Shown here: piece by piece, positions 41,629 through 52,900 of the stretch
How the letters are laid out: every line of letters begins with the position of its first letter
Numbering within the stretch: position 1 is the stretch's first letter
Source: Lama guanicoe
Lineage: Eukaryota
DNA: 64,000 nucleotides
NCBI GenBank assembly: GCA_013239625.1
Contig: MU054323.1
Span: forward strand, 8,607,220 to 8,671,219
Reading direction: 5' to 3'
Program-made: the position numbers and the translations under genes
Notes under the pieces: model-generated
Seen by the model: the letters and a program-made list of their open reading frames with translations, nothing else
Databases searched by the model: none
Told to the model about the DNA's origin: nothing

Positions 41629-44485
41629 TCATCACAGTTGCCCTTTTCTCCTGGACTGTGACCCGAGCTTAGGGACCTGGATTCTCTGTCAGTTCATTTT
41701 GACTCTCACCCATCGGATCACTCGAGCTCGGCTCCCAGGTTCCAGCACACAGGCCAGGCGAAGCGGTGGGCACTTCAGGAGGACTAAGGAGCCGATCCTC
41801 ATCTTGTCCCCAGGGGGGTTATTCCCCAGTGCCTCTTCTGTGGCAATTACAAGGGAAGTGGGAGAGGAAAGGGTTTGATTGGGTTGGAAGTTGAGTCAGG
41901 GCACCATTCCTTGCTTTTCTCCCCTCAGGCTCCCGCAGACCCCCTGGAGATTCCAAGAGGACAGACACTGCTGCCCAGGGACGGGGGTAGGAGCTTAGGC
42001 TGGCAGCAGCCGCGGGTGCTGATGGTAAAGCCAGGGGCCAGGCAAGCTCTTGGCAGCTGTGAATGTGAACAGACCTCAGTCGGGGTCACATAGGCAGAGG
42101 GGAAACTGAAGAAGGGAATATGCTTTGTTACTGCACTGCAAGATGCTTACCTGATGTCAGAGAAACAGGGAGGAATTTAGGAATCTTGTATCTGCATTAC
42201 GGTCTCTCCAGCTGTCCCCTCATCATTACATTTTCTCCTTCTCTGGGCCCTGTGCCCTTCCATTCTTTTGGTATGAGTTCTATTTACAGGTCAAGCCATC
42301 AAGCTTACATTGCTTACATTCCAGGATCCCGAGAAACTTCCACATAGTCCAAGCTGCCCTGCATGATATCTTACCCCAGAGGCAGCTCTACCTTAACTGA
42401 ACCAGGGAGCACCTTAAGGCCTAGCATAGGAAGGATTCTGATAGACTCAGTTACATCCTCGAAGGACCTTAGAAGGAGAACGTGTATCTTTTCCAGGGGA
42501 TAATAGTTACACTCTTCACTCTGCATTATGTTAGAAACCTAACCTCCAGGACGAACAAGATAGGCCTGGGTTCACCAGGACCCTTGTATGATTTTGGCCT
42601 AAGGCCTCACTGGCTCAGGAGTTATTTCTACACTCTGTCTACAAATGAGCTGCCTATGGCCAGCTCCTCCCTGCCGACACTGTCCTCCCAGGCTCTCCCT
42701 AAGTCCTACCGCAGGGTGCCAGAAATCTGATAGTGCTTTAATGAAATTTATCTCTGATCTTGAAGAAATAGTTTGGGGAAAAATCAGAGTCTATACATAT
42801 GGAAAGTAACTTTCCAGATCAGATGTGGCTTTAGATCAGGCACCTGAAGTGCAGGCGGAGGACTCACCTTGTCACCAAATTTCAGTGTGGAAGGGCATGG
42901 GCCAGGCCAACTAGTGTCCCGGTAGGAGCAGCCCTTGGAGCCACCATTGATATTATGAGAATAAACGAGGTTCTGGGTCAGCTGGGAGCGGCCTGGGGTC
43001 TGGGTTCTCCTGTGAGGAGCTGCTATTCCTCCACAGGCCTGGCCAGGGCAGCAGGGGAAAGGGGCCGAGGGGGTGACTCAGCAAGTTGGGGTGGAGGGTG
43101 AAAGGGAGACACAGAACGTCCCAGCCGCGGCTGCAGGGGATGTGGGAGAGCAGCCGGACTGTGGCTCAGAGCCATGGGGAGAAGGCCTCAGCCAAGGCCA
43201 AACACGTAAATCTACCAAGTTTCTGCTGAGGGGCCTGGAGAGCTTGTGCAGAGCTGCTTCTGGGCAGCTGGATGGGGCCAGGCAGGGCAGAGACCAGGTG
43301 TGGGTGGCCATGAGCACAGTGTTCTTCACAAGACCATAAAAGTCCAGCTCAAGTGTTCTATTTTTAAAGCCAAATAACAGTATCTTCCTTGTTGAGTGTG
43401 AGCATCTTTGAAAAAGGAGCAGATGAATTTCCTCCTAGGCTGAGACCAGGGATGGAACTGGGAAGGCTGGCTTTGGGTATGCACTGGGGTCACCCCACAG
43501 CATGGGGCTTCTCTTGATAACTCAGGAGTCTTGGATTTGGAGCTTGCTCTACCCACCCCACCAGACGCCAGCCTTTGCCTAGTGATATCAGATCCTTTGG
43601 TGGAGGGACCACATTACCCTGGTAGAGAAGACAAGGAGGGCCAAAGAAGGAGGCAGCTGGTGGAGGGCTGGGAAGGACAAGTGCCATCATTACAAGTCTA
43701 GAGGCAGACTTAGCCTCTAGATCTTTCCAGGCAAAGCTGCTTTCCTTAGTGCTCTGGCCAGTCCCCATGGAGTCCAGAGGCCATCTCTTCCAGCCAGACA
43801 GTGCCCAGCACAGTCAGGCCAGGGATCAAAAGGGATGCAAGGGTCAGGCAGAGCCAAAGGAAGGACTAGGGGATGACTGGGAATAACCAGAGGAAATGTC
43901 AGGTTGGAGACTTGGATTCATAAATGAGCCAGAATCAGGAGTAACCCCCTTTTCCTCTGCAGCAGAGGAAGAAAAACATCCTCTCACTGGGAGACCCTGG
44001 GAACAGGGCTATGACATTCCAAAAGGAAACAGGAGCCCAGATGACAAAAGACATCAGGTAGCTGGCTCGGGAGTGAGAAAGATGGCTGGTTGACTTGGGT
44101 ATCTTGTACCACCCACCCCATCCCCAGGTGCCCGTGACTCAAGGCAGACTTGAGGTGAGGGTGGAGGCAGTGATGGCGAGGACAGCTCCCCGGGGGCTGG
44201 ATGTGCGTGTGCTTTCTGAGGAGCAGCAGAATCACAGGGCAGAGGCTCAAATGCCCTATGGGAGAAGCAGAGCTGGCCAAGGGATATCTAAGTATTAAGG
44301 TGGAGATTGCAGATTTCACCAAATTGGGAACCAGATTATTAGAAATAAAAAACCTAGTCTTGTCCGAGAAATTCCTTTTCTCTTCCTCCAGAAGGAGCCG
44401 GACTGGGATGAGTCAGACGGCACTGTTCTCTCCCTTTTGTGGCACAAGCCTAAACCAAGGGCCCCTGTAAGCATGGTGTTCGAGA

Positions 44486-45290
44486 TCAGGGGTTGGCAAA
44501 CTGTGGCCACTGGGCCAAATCCAGCCCCTGATTTTGTAAATTAGTTTTCATTGCAGAACAGTCACACCTATTTGTTTACATACAGTCTATGGCTACTTTC
44601 CTGATACAACGGCTGGGTTGAATAGCTGCAACAGACTGTAAGGCCTAAAATAATTAGAGTTCCTGTGAAGGAGTCCTGGCCCTTTACAGAAAAAGTTTGC
44701 TGACAGATCAGAGATATGCAAAGTGTGGTCTGGGAAACTGTGCTGTAAGTGGCCAAAACTATTTTCGTAATACAAGATGCTATTTGCCTTTTTCACTCTT
44801 ACTCCCTCATGAGTGTAATGGAATTTTCCTTATGCCATGTGATATTGCAGCAACAGATTGAATACACAAGCAGATAGGAGAATCCAGCTGTCAGTTACAA
44901 CAGACATGAAAGATATTTGCAAAAAGGTAAAACAATGCCACTCTGCTCACTAAATATTTTCCAATATGGAAAATAATTATTTTTCATTGAAATGTTATGT
45001 ATATTCAAATATAGTGGGTTAATTAATGTTACTTTTAAGTGAACATTTTTAAAGTCCCTATTTAATTTCTAATATGGTAAATATCAGTAGAAATAACCCA
45101 CATAAGCAAAAGCTTTTCAGAGCTCTACTTTTCTAAGAATGTAAAGGGCCCCTGGCGGGTGGGTATAGCTCAGTGGTTAAGTGCATGCTTAGCATGTGTG
45201 AGGTCCTGGGTTTAATCCCCCTGTACCTCCATTAAAAAAAAAAAAAAGAATGTAAAGGTGTCCTGAGACCAAAAATGTTTAGAATCTCTG
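44486..45290. mobile_element. hAT-Charlie DNA transposon remnants (MER58A-like at 44486-44710, a second element at 44715-45290)
   Basis: CAGGGGTTGGCAAACTGTGGCC..TGGCCCTTTACAGAAAAAGTTTGCTGAC termini. The second element ends GTCCTGAGACCAAAAA..GAATCTCTG. Confidence 0.7.
45156..45245 (+). mobile_element. tRNA-Ala-derived SINE (Vic-1 type, short form)
   Basis: GGGTATAGCTCAGTGG..GCTTAGCATGTGTGAGGTCCTGGGTTTAATCCCC followed by poly(A). TSD AAGAATGTAAAGG at 45135-45147 and 45246-45258. Confidence 0.85.
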
Positions 45291-45492
45291 CTCTGGAATA
45301 GATTAACAGTGGTCAGTAAAGCTCTAACTCCATCCCTACACCCCTGTGTGTGACAGCTTTACCCTCTGCCTGGGGCAGACACAGTGAATCTGTCCTGGCC
45401 TTTGAGAGACAACGGGCTCGGGGTGAAGGGGGTGTGCCTGGCAAAGTGTGGACAGAGGCCCAAGTCCTGAGGCCTGATCACAGTGAGGTCGC

Positions 45493-45630
45493 CTAGAGGG
45501 TGAAGGTGGGGCTGATGCCCTGGTGGGCTGAGCCTTCCTCAGCCACTGCCATGGCCTCCTTGTCCCTGCTGCCCCTCAGCACCCCGTTACTCATCTTCTC
45601 CAGAAACGCAGTGGTGTCCACACGCAGGTC
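45493..45630 (-). CDS. SLC5A6: Last coding exon of the sodium-dependent multivitamin transporter (partial; other exons not seen in the window)
   Basis: Acceptor CAG at 45633-45631. Translates DLRVDTTAFLEKMSNGVLRGSRDKEAMAVAEEGSAHQGISPTFTL*, then ATSL* (TGA at 45480-45478). Resembles the SMVT C-tail as I recall it (..EK.RNGVLGDSRDKEAMA..LQETSL). Syntenic orientation next to TCF23. Confidence 0.8.
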   Translation of the reverse strand, partial: DLRVDTTAFLEKMSNGVLRGSRDKEAMAVAEEGSAHQGISPTFTL

Positions 45631-45839
45631 CTGTCAGAGCAAAGGAAGCAGTGGGGTGAACATGAGACAAAGGGATGGTGCGGGAGTTCATGCAGGAAAG
45701 GCGACCCTGCTTTGTCCTGACAGAAAGGAGACCAGCAAGGGGCAGTGGGGAGGAAGTGAGAAGCAATCCTGCAAACCAGGAGGTGAGCACAGGGGCGGTC
45801 AGGGAGAGGAAAGGCCAGCAGCTCTGGCCGCCCCCCCCC

Positions 45840-46038
45840 NNNNNNNNNNNNNNNNNNNNNNNNNNNNNNNNNNNNNNNNNNNNNNNNNNNNNNNNNNNNN
45901 NNNNNNNNNNNNNNNNNNNNNNNNNNNNNNNNNNNNNNNNNNNNNNNNNNNNNNNNNNNNNNNNNNNNNNNNNNNNNNNNNNNNNNNNNNNNNNNNNNNN
46001 NNNNNNNNNNNNNNNNNNNNNNNNNNNNNNNNNNNNNN
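45840..46038. other. Assembly gap (199 N) flanked by a poly-C tract and GC-rich sequence
   Basis: Directly visible. Confidence 1.
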
Positions 46039-48711
46039 CCGGCCCCGCCCCTGAAGACAAAGCACCCCTGAGGCTCCAACTGTGCAACCAGTGCCCACCC
46101 TGCAGCCGTTTGGTCTCGGTGCTCTGAACCCCCACCCCCATCCACCTCCTAGAGCTCAGCCAAGAAGTCTGACTGTTCCAGACGCCCAGGAGCCCAGGAT
46201 TCCCTGAGCTCCAGACTCCAGACTCTAGATGCCCTGAACTCTCTCCCTCATCTAGCTGGTCCTTGTTTCTCTGGGCACCCATCCCATACCACCTCATTGG
46301 TGAACAGTTGCCTGCGCCCACACCTATCCTGCTGGGTTCCATAGTTCTCTGTGCCCTGGCCAGCATGTGGCCTCCAAAAGAACCACCACGGCTCCTGCTT
46401 TGATGATGAGAACCCCCAGGAGTGGGTATCTATCTCCCCTTTGTTGAGCCTGGGGGTTTCCTACTCCCCTACCCCCGGACTGGCTGCTGGAGACACTGGG
46501 AAAAGGAGGACAGGAACTTTCCCTCTCTGGGGGCTCTGCCTCCCCAGCCTCAGGTTGGGAGAGGAGCTCCCCCGTCCCCAGCCCCAACACAGCTAGGGCC
46601 AGCTGCTGAGCAGTGACACAAAGCACAAGGGACCACCTCAACTGCCCAGGGCAGGAGTGGCAAGAGTGCGTGTAACCGACAGGAGGAGCTGGAAAGTCAG
46701 AGGAGCTGACCACCAGCCACTGGTGAGATCGTGGGGACAGGGCGGGAACTCAGGACCAGTTGAATTAGCTGAAAAGCTATAAAAGGGCAAAGATGATTGA
46801 GTGTTTTTTAACCTGGAAAAAATGACAAATTGTCAAATTATGGGAATAAGAACACTCCTCCACATTCAGGATGCTGGGAAGAGGAAAACACATTGGTAAA
46901 ATTAGGCTCATCTAAATAACAGCAGTTCTGTCAAGGTTTCAATGGGTCAGAACCTCTGGGCTGGGTCCAAGTCAGATGAAAATAGATTCTGTGTTACACA
47001 TCCCAGAAACCACAGCCAACTATACGGTGGCTGGCAGAGCCCTGGGACAGGTACACTCTCTCTACAGAGGCACACTTTGACTAGGGCTTGGGGAGGGAGC
47101 CAGGTGAATGTAAAACTGTCAAGATGTGATATGCTCTGAGAAGTGCAGTCGCATAAACCAGAAATTGAAGCAAAGCTCAGCTCAAACTGCTGACGTGTGG
47201 GCATGTGCCAAGCCTGCCAAGAAGGGCTATGCCTTATCACAAGAGGCCATTGGCCCTGACACTGGGAGGGCTGCCAGACATGGGAAGTGCTGGTCAGCAA
47301 AGCTCCTCTTCCTTCACAGGCCAGGGCTGGCTTAATGTGCCTCCAACACAGTGGTAATATTCCACCAACTGGCCGAGGAGGTGAGGGTCCTTTTGACCAG
47401 TCTTCCCAGGTGCCTATTGGCAACAACATGCTGACACTACCATTTCCCTGGACATAAGGGCAGACAAGGGAGACCGATTTTGCTTTTGGAAGGTCGTCAT
47501 AAAAATATGCCTTTGACTCAGACAGTCATTATTCTTGTACATTACTAGAAAATGAACACTTGCTTGTGCCTTTGAAAGGTGGAACTCTACGTGGGGGGAA
47601 AATGGTGCTACTAAAAAATTATGAAATTCTAGGCTGTGTTTTGATGACTACAGGACCTAGGGTAAACAGGTTTTCATGGGAATCCTGTCATACATGAGCC
47701 ATGGAGGCAGGGCGCTGGGGGAGAAGCCTCAATAGCCTTTTTTTGAAAGGCAGCATCTCTTTGTAGAAGAGATTTTAATATTGCAAAAAGCAGCTGCTAG
47801 AAACACTATCTGTGAAGTGATGGAGTGTTTTTAATGCCATGCTTATTTAAGACCAAGAATGGAAAGGGGCTGGTCTCCTGCATACTAAAAGAAGTGAGAG
47901 CCACCAGTACCCTCCCAGGAACAGTAAAAATCCTAAGTTGCTCCTCCAAAAGCCCTTTGAGAAGGAGAAAAGTGTTCCTTCCAGCTTAAGAAGACACAGA
48001 TTGGTGGGGTTTCTTCCCACCATCTTTACTGAAGGATTTTTTTTTTCTTTAAAGCCTTTCTTCCCACCATCTTTACTGAAGGATTTTTTTTTTCTTTAAA
48101 GATCTCTGTACAAAGTCAGAATTGAAATTGTCTAGAAGTCACCCACAAAGACCTAAATTGACAAAGCATCTTTGTTGAAATTTCCCCACTGGCTTCTCTA
48201 ACAGAATCTTCAAGTAAATTTACATCCTCAGCCAGGGAGATCATCTAGTTTGAAGCAACTCCTAGGTCTTCCTAAATTGCAAAACTGTGAAAGAAGATGG
48301 CTCTGATCTTGACAGAAGTGTATCATTTGAGGGGATCTGTTCTCCCAAAGTCATTATTTTTCTCCCAGCCTAATATGGTCCTGGATGGTCATCTCACAAC
48401 CAGGTGCAATAATTGCTGTCCTTATGGAACTTTCATTCTATTTGTGCCCAAGCATGCAATTTACAGGAATGTCTCCTGAGACACCCTAAACAAACAAGAA
48501 GAAACAGCAGGAAAGAGAAAACTTGGGTTTGTAAAATTTTGCTGACTGCTAAAGTAGAAATCACCTGCTCTATGGGGCTCCTGCATGACTGACATATTTT
48601 CTAAGAAAAATTATTGGACTTCCGTATCTGACAACATAGTGGACTAAATGTACAAGGAAATCTTCCTAGTATGGAACAATCAAAATGATGGATGAATTTT
48701 CTAATGTTTTA

Positions 48712-49407
48712 TTTTTCATAATTTTTTACTGAATTATAGTCAGTTTACAATAATTGTGTTAATTTCTGGGGTTTCAGCATAATGTTTCAGTTATACATAT
48801 ATACATATTCCTTTTCATATTATTTTTCATTACAGGTTATTACAAGACATTGAATATAGCTCCCTATGCTATTCAGTAGAACCTTGTTTATCTATTTTAT
48901 ATATAGGAGTTAGTATCTGCAAATCCCAAACTCTCAATTAATCCCTCCACCCTACCATACCCTGCTGGTAACCTTAAGTGTGTTTTATGTCTGTGAGTCT
49001 GTTTCTGTTTTGTAAATAAGTTCATTTGTGTCTTCTTTTTTAGATTCCACATATAAATGATACTGTATTTTTCTTTCTCTTTCTGGCTTACTTCAGTATG
49101 ACAACCTCCAGGTCCATCCATGTTGCTGCATATGTCATTATTTTATTCTTTTTTATGGCTGAAGAGTATATATATATATACCACAACTTCTTTATCCAGT
49201 CATCTGTCTGTCCATGGACATTTAGGTTGCTTCCATGTCTTGGCTATTGTAAATAGTGCTGCTATGAACGTTGGAGTGCATGTATCTTTTCGAATTAGAG
49301 TTTCCTCCAGATATATGCCCAGGAGTGGATTACTGGATCATACGGTAAGTCTATTTTTAGTTTTTAAAGGAATCTCCATACTGTTTTCCATAATAACTGC
49401 ACCATAA
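48712..49407 (-). mobile_element. Artiodactyl-type L1 3' end
   Basis: Antisense of the same 3' UTR as at 300-2400. TSD AATGTTTTA at 48703-48711 and 49408-49416. Confidence 0.85.
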
Positions 49408-49949
49408 AATGTTTTAAAATGCATTGCTGGGCTTGCAGAGAAGTAACGGAAAGGAATAAGAGAAGGGATAAGAAAGTATAAAACCAAAATTGGTAAGCCA
49501 GCACTGAAGCCAGTATGGCCTTGGTGGCATCTGCAGATTTCTGGTGCCAAAGGCCAGAGTTTTAAAAAGCCAAATATGGGGACAAGAGACAAAGCACAGG
49601 AACCGTACAAAATGGGAAGTTGAATCAAAGACTCTGTCACCCTCTGTTGGGATCCCCAAACATCCTCAGTGTACAAAGGAAAGAAAACAGTACTTGTCCC
49701 AGTAGGTCTTGGCTTGGTGCAGGAGGTGAGGGAGGGAGTCTTCTACAGATATTTAAGCCCTTAAAATTTGGGGGACCCCAAAATTCCCCAATTTTATTTA
49801 AGTAACCTCCATTTAGTAGTGTTTCTATGCAGAAGCAAGTACAATTCTTCTCTTGAAGAACATACTTTAAACCAGGCTTTGAAGGATTCCCATGGATAAA
49901 ATTCCAACAGGCTTAAGCTCGCAACAAATAATTCTAAAAGTCGGAAGGA

Positions 49950-52900
49950 AATGTGCCACCAAAATCAGTGATAGCAGAAACACTGAACTTGCAAGTGGTA
50001 GAATACACTTGCAATGACTGTGGATATTGTAATTTTTAGGTACAGGATATACATTAAATGTGTTTAATATGTTTAAAGAAATATAGAGTACTTTGAAAAG
50101 GTAATACAGAAGAATAAACTGTCAAACATGATCAGGTAGAATGGGGGGAAATACAGAATTTCTAGAAATTAAAAATATAGTATTTCAATTAGAAACCCAG
50201 TGGATGATTAGCAACTGCTGAAAACAGAACAAGTCGGAAAATAGATCTGAAGAAATTACTAGAATTCAGTACCTATGGACAAACAGATGAAAAATAGAAA
50301 AAGAAGAATATAAGAGATCTTCATGGCCCCGGAATAAGGAGCTATTTCTTAAAGAAGACACAAACAGCACTAACCCTAGAGGAAAAAACTGATAAATTAT
50401 ACTACGTAAAATTAGAAACATCTATTTATCGCAAGATGCCATTGAGAGAGTGAAAAAAGCAAGTTCACAGACTGGGAGAGAATATACATATAATCAAAAG
50501 GGTTTGTATCAAGAATATACTTAATAAACCCCACAAAGGAAAAAGGAAGACTGACCGTCTGATTGAAAGAGACTTGATCTTTCTAAAGAAGATATCCAAG
50601 TGATCAAAGATAGTCAACTTCAATAGTAATTAGAAATATGCAAATTGAAATCAAAGATACCACTACACATTAACCAGATGGTTAATATCTGTATCTATTA
50701 AATCCAGCAAGTACACACCTAGATACATGCTCCCAAAATATGAGTGCACAGAGAACATCAATAGATATGTACACAAATGCTCAAAGCAGCATTATCCTGG
50801 ATGGCCCCAAACCAGAAACTTGTATTCACGCCCCATGGCTGCTAGGACTGGACTTCTGCAAACCGTATTTCTTTGCCAGCTGGCACCATGTTAGGTTCCG
50901 CCAGTAGGGAGTGCTAGAAGTCTGCAAGTTGGGAGGAGAGAGAAGGGAGTAGTTTCTTGTGATTTGTTTTCTTAACCTGAGTGAGGTGGCAAAAGATTTT
51001 TTTTTTCCGGCAGTTGCACTTGGTTTGAGTTTCCAGCTTTTTCCCTTTCTCAGAACCAGCCTTTATTATGTCTCTAAATACGCCTTAACTGCACCAACTG
51101 TCCAGTACTACTTTCTCTGAGGTCTGAGTTCCACCTCCTCCCAGCTACTGGAATCCTGTAACTCCCACCTCCTACCTTTATTAACCACCACGTGTCCAGG
51201 GGCTTCCTTCTGGTGCCACCTCTATGTTTCCTGGGCCCTTCCCTTTGGCTTTTGCAGTCTCCATAATCCATTCTCTCTGTTAAAAATAACTGGTATGGTT
51301 TTTGTGTTCCCAACTGGACCTTAAACAACACTACAGCCAAATGTCAATTCTTTTGGCATCTGACCTGCCTCCTGAACAGGAATGCATTGAACATCTCTCC
51401 CCTTTTAAATAGGAAGCTGAGAGCTGTGACACAGTTCACAGATCCTCATGGCCTTGCTTGGTTGATTGTCGATGGTGTCTTGACATGGTCACAGCAATCA
51501 CCCAGAGCCAAAGAGGACAACGAAGGTCACACCAACCCTTATGAACACTATCTGGCTGGATGTTTTTTTTGCTCCTGTGAATGTATATGGGAAAATGGCA
51601 TCTTTCCTAAAGTGTTCACGACTCTGCTCATAAAAGTTGCCGAGGAAACTGAATTTGAGAGCATCAAACTCCAGAGTTGCCCTGCTGTTACTATGGCCAC
51701 CGTTGTGTATTGTGTGTGTTTAATAACATCTCTGTAAGGGCTGATTTTTTAACCAGGTTGTAAACATATGTGCACAGCTTGCTCAGCAAACGAACAAGAA
51801 GGCTGTATCATTTGTGAGCAAACAACATGAGCTGAAAACCTTAATGGGCCATGATCTTTCAGCGTTCTTCCCCTAGCAGGCTTTATGAATTATTATAAAA
51901 CCATTCCACCCGCTCTCCACCCCAAAATAACCTCATGGTATATAATTTTCCTAACCCACTTAAATACACATCTCCATAGTTCCCACTATTTAAATCCGTG
52001 TCTAAATAAAACAGAATACAGGCGTTTAGTCAAAAATCTATTTTAACTTATACTTTAAGCCAGAATATTCTCATGAGATTTTCCTGATATATACATTCTA
52101 GATGCCAACCTTTGGTTCTGCCCAGAGGCATTATCCAACATCTTGGGATCTCAGCTCCTGATCTTCTCAATTTATGCAATTTACTATTCCCTGGCTGTGG
52201 CCACACACTCCTACATTCATACTTTTTATCTTATCATCACCAATAACTGCACTGTCTCCAAAATCTCTTTTTCAAGCATTCTGATTTGATATTTTGATCC
52301 CTATCTGCTCTCCTCCCATCTCACTCAGGCTAGTGCTTGCAGTCCAGCATTTCTTCCACCTTACTGAGACTTCTGATTTATCTACTACCTTCTGTCTTAC
52401 TAACCATCTTCCCTCGGGTCCTTCTGCTTCCTCTTCACTCATCTCAGATTCCATGTTCATTATTACAGTTGCTCCCTTGCTAACACCTTCTCCCTTGCCC
52501 CCTCCCCCTCCATTGTTTTGGCTTGACAACATCCTGACTGCGTACTGTCACAGCTGGAGGTGAAACCACAACTGTGCTCCCGGCCTCTCTTGAAATGCTC
52601 ACCGTAAATCTCAAATGGGCACTCAGCACTGTGGCAACCTTCCCTCACATGTTCCCTTTCCCACATTCTAACACATTTATTTCCCATCTCTTTTTTTCAA
52701 CTAGAGACTTCTCAGCTGGCCTTTGCCAGATACTTCATGAGAAAACAAGAGCACTGAGGCTGGAAGCCCTCCATCCACCACACCTACCAATTTCCCAACT
52801 GTGCCCACGCTCACAATGGATGAAGCTTGTCCTCTATGTGGGCCTGGATCCTACCCACTCACCCTTCTAAAGGGCCCCCCTCCTAAAAGTATTCCACCAG

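Noticed and set aside
45500..46366. Long ORFs spanning the gap
   Set aside because: Their length comes from translating N bases.
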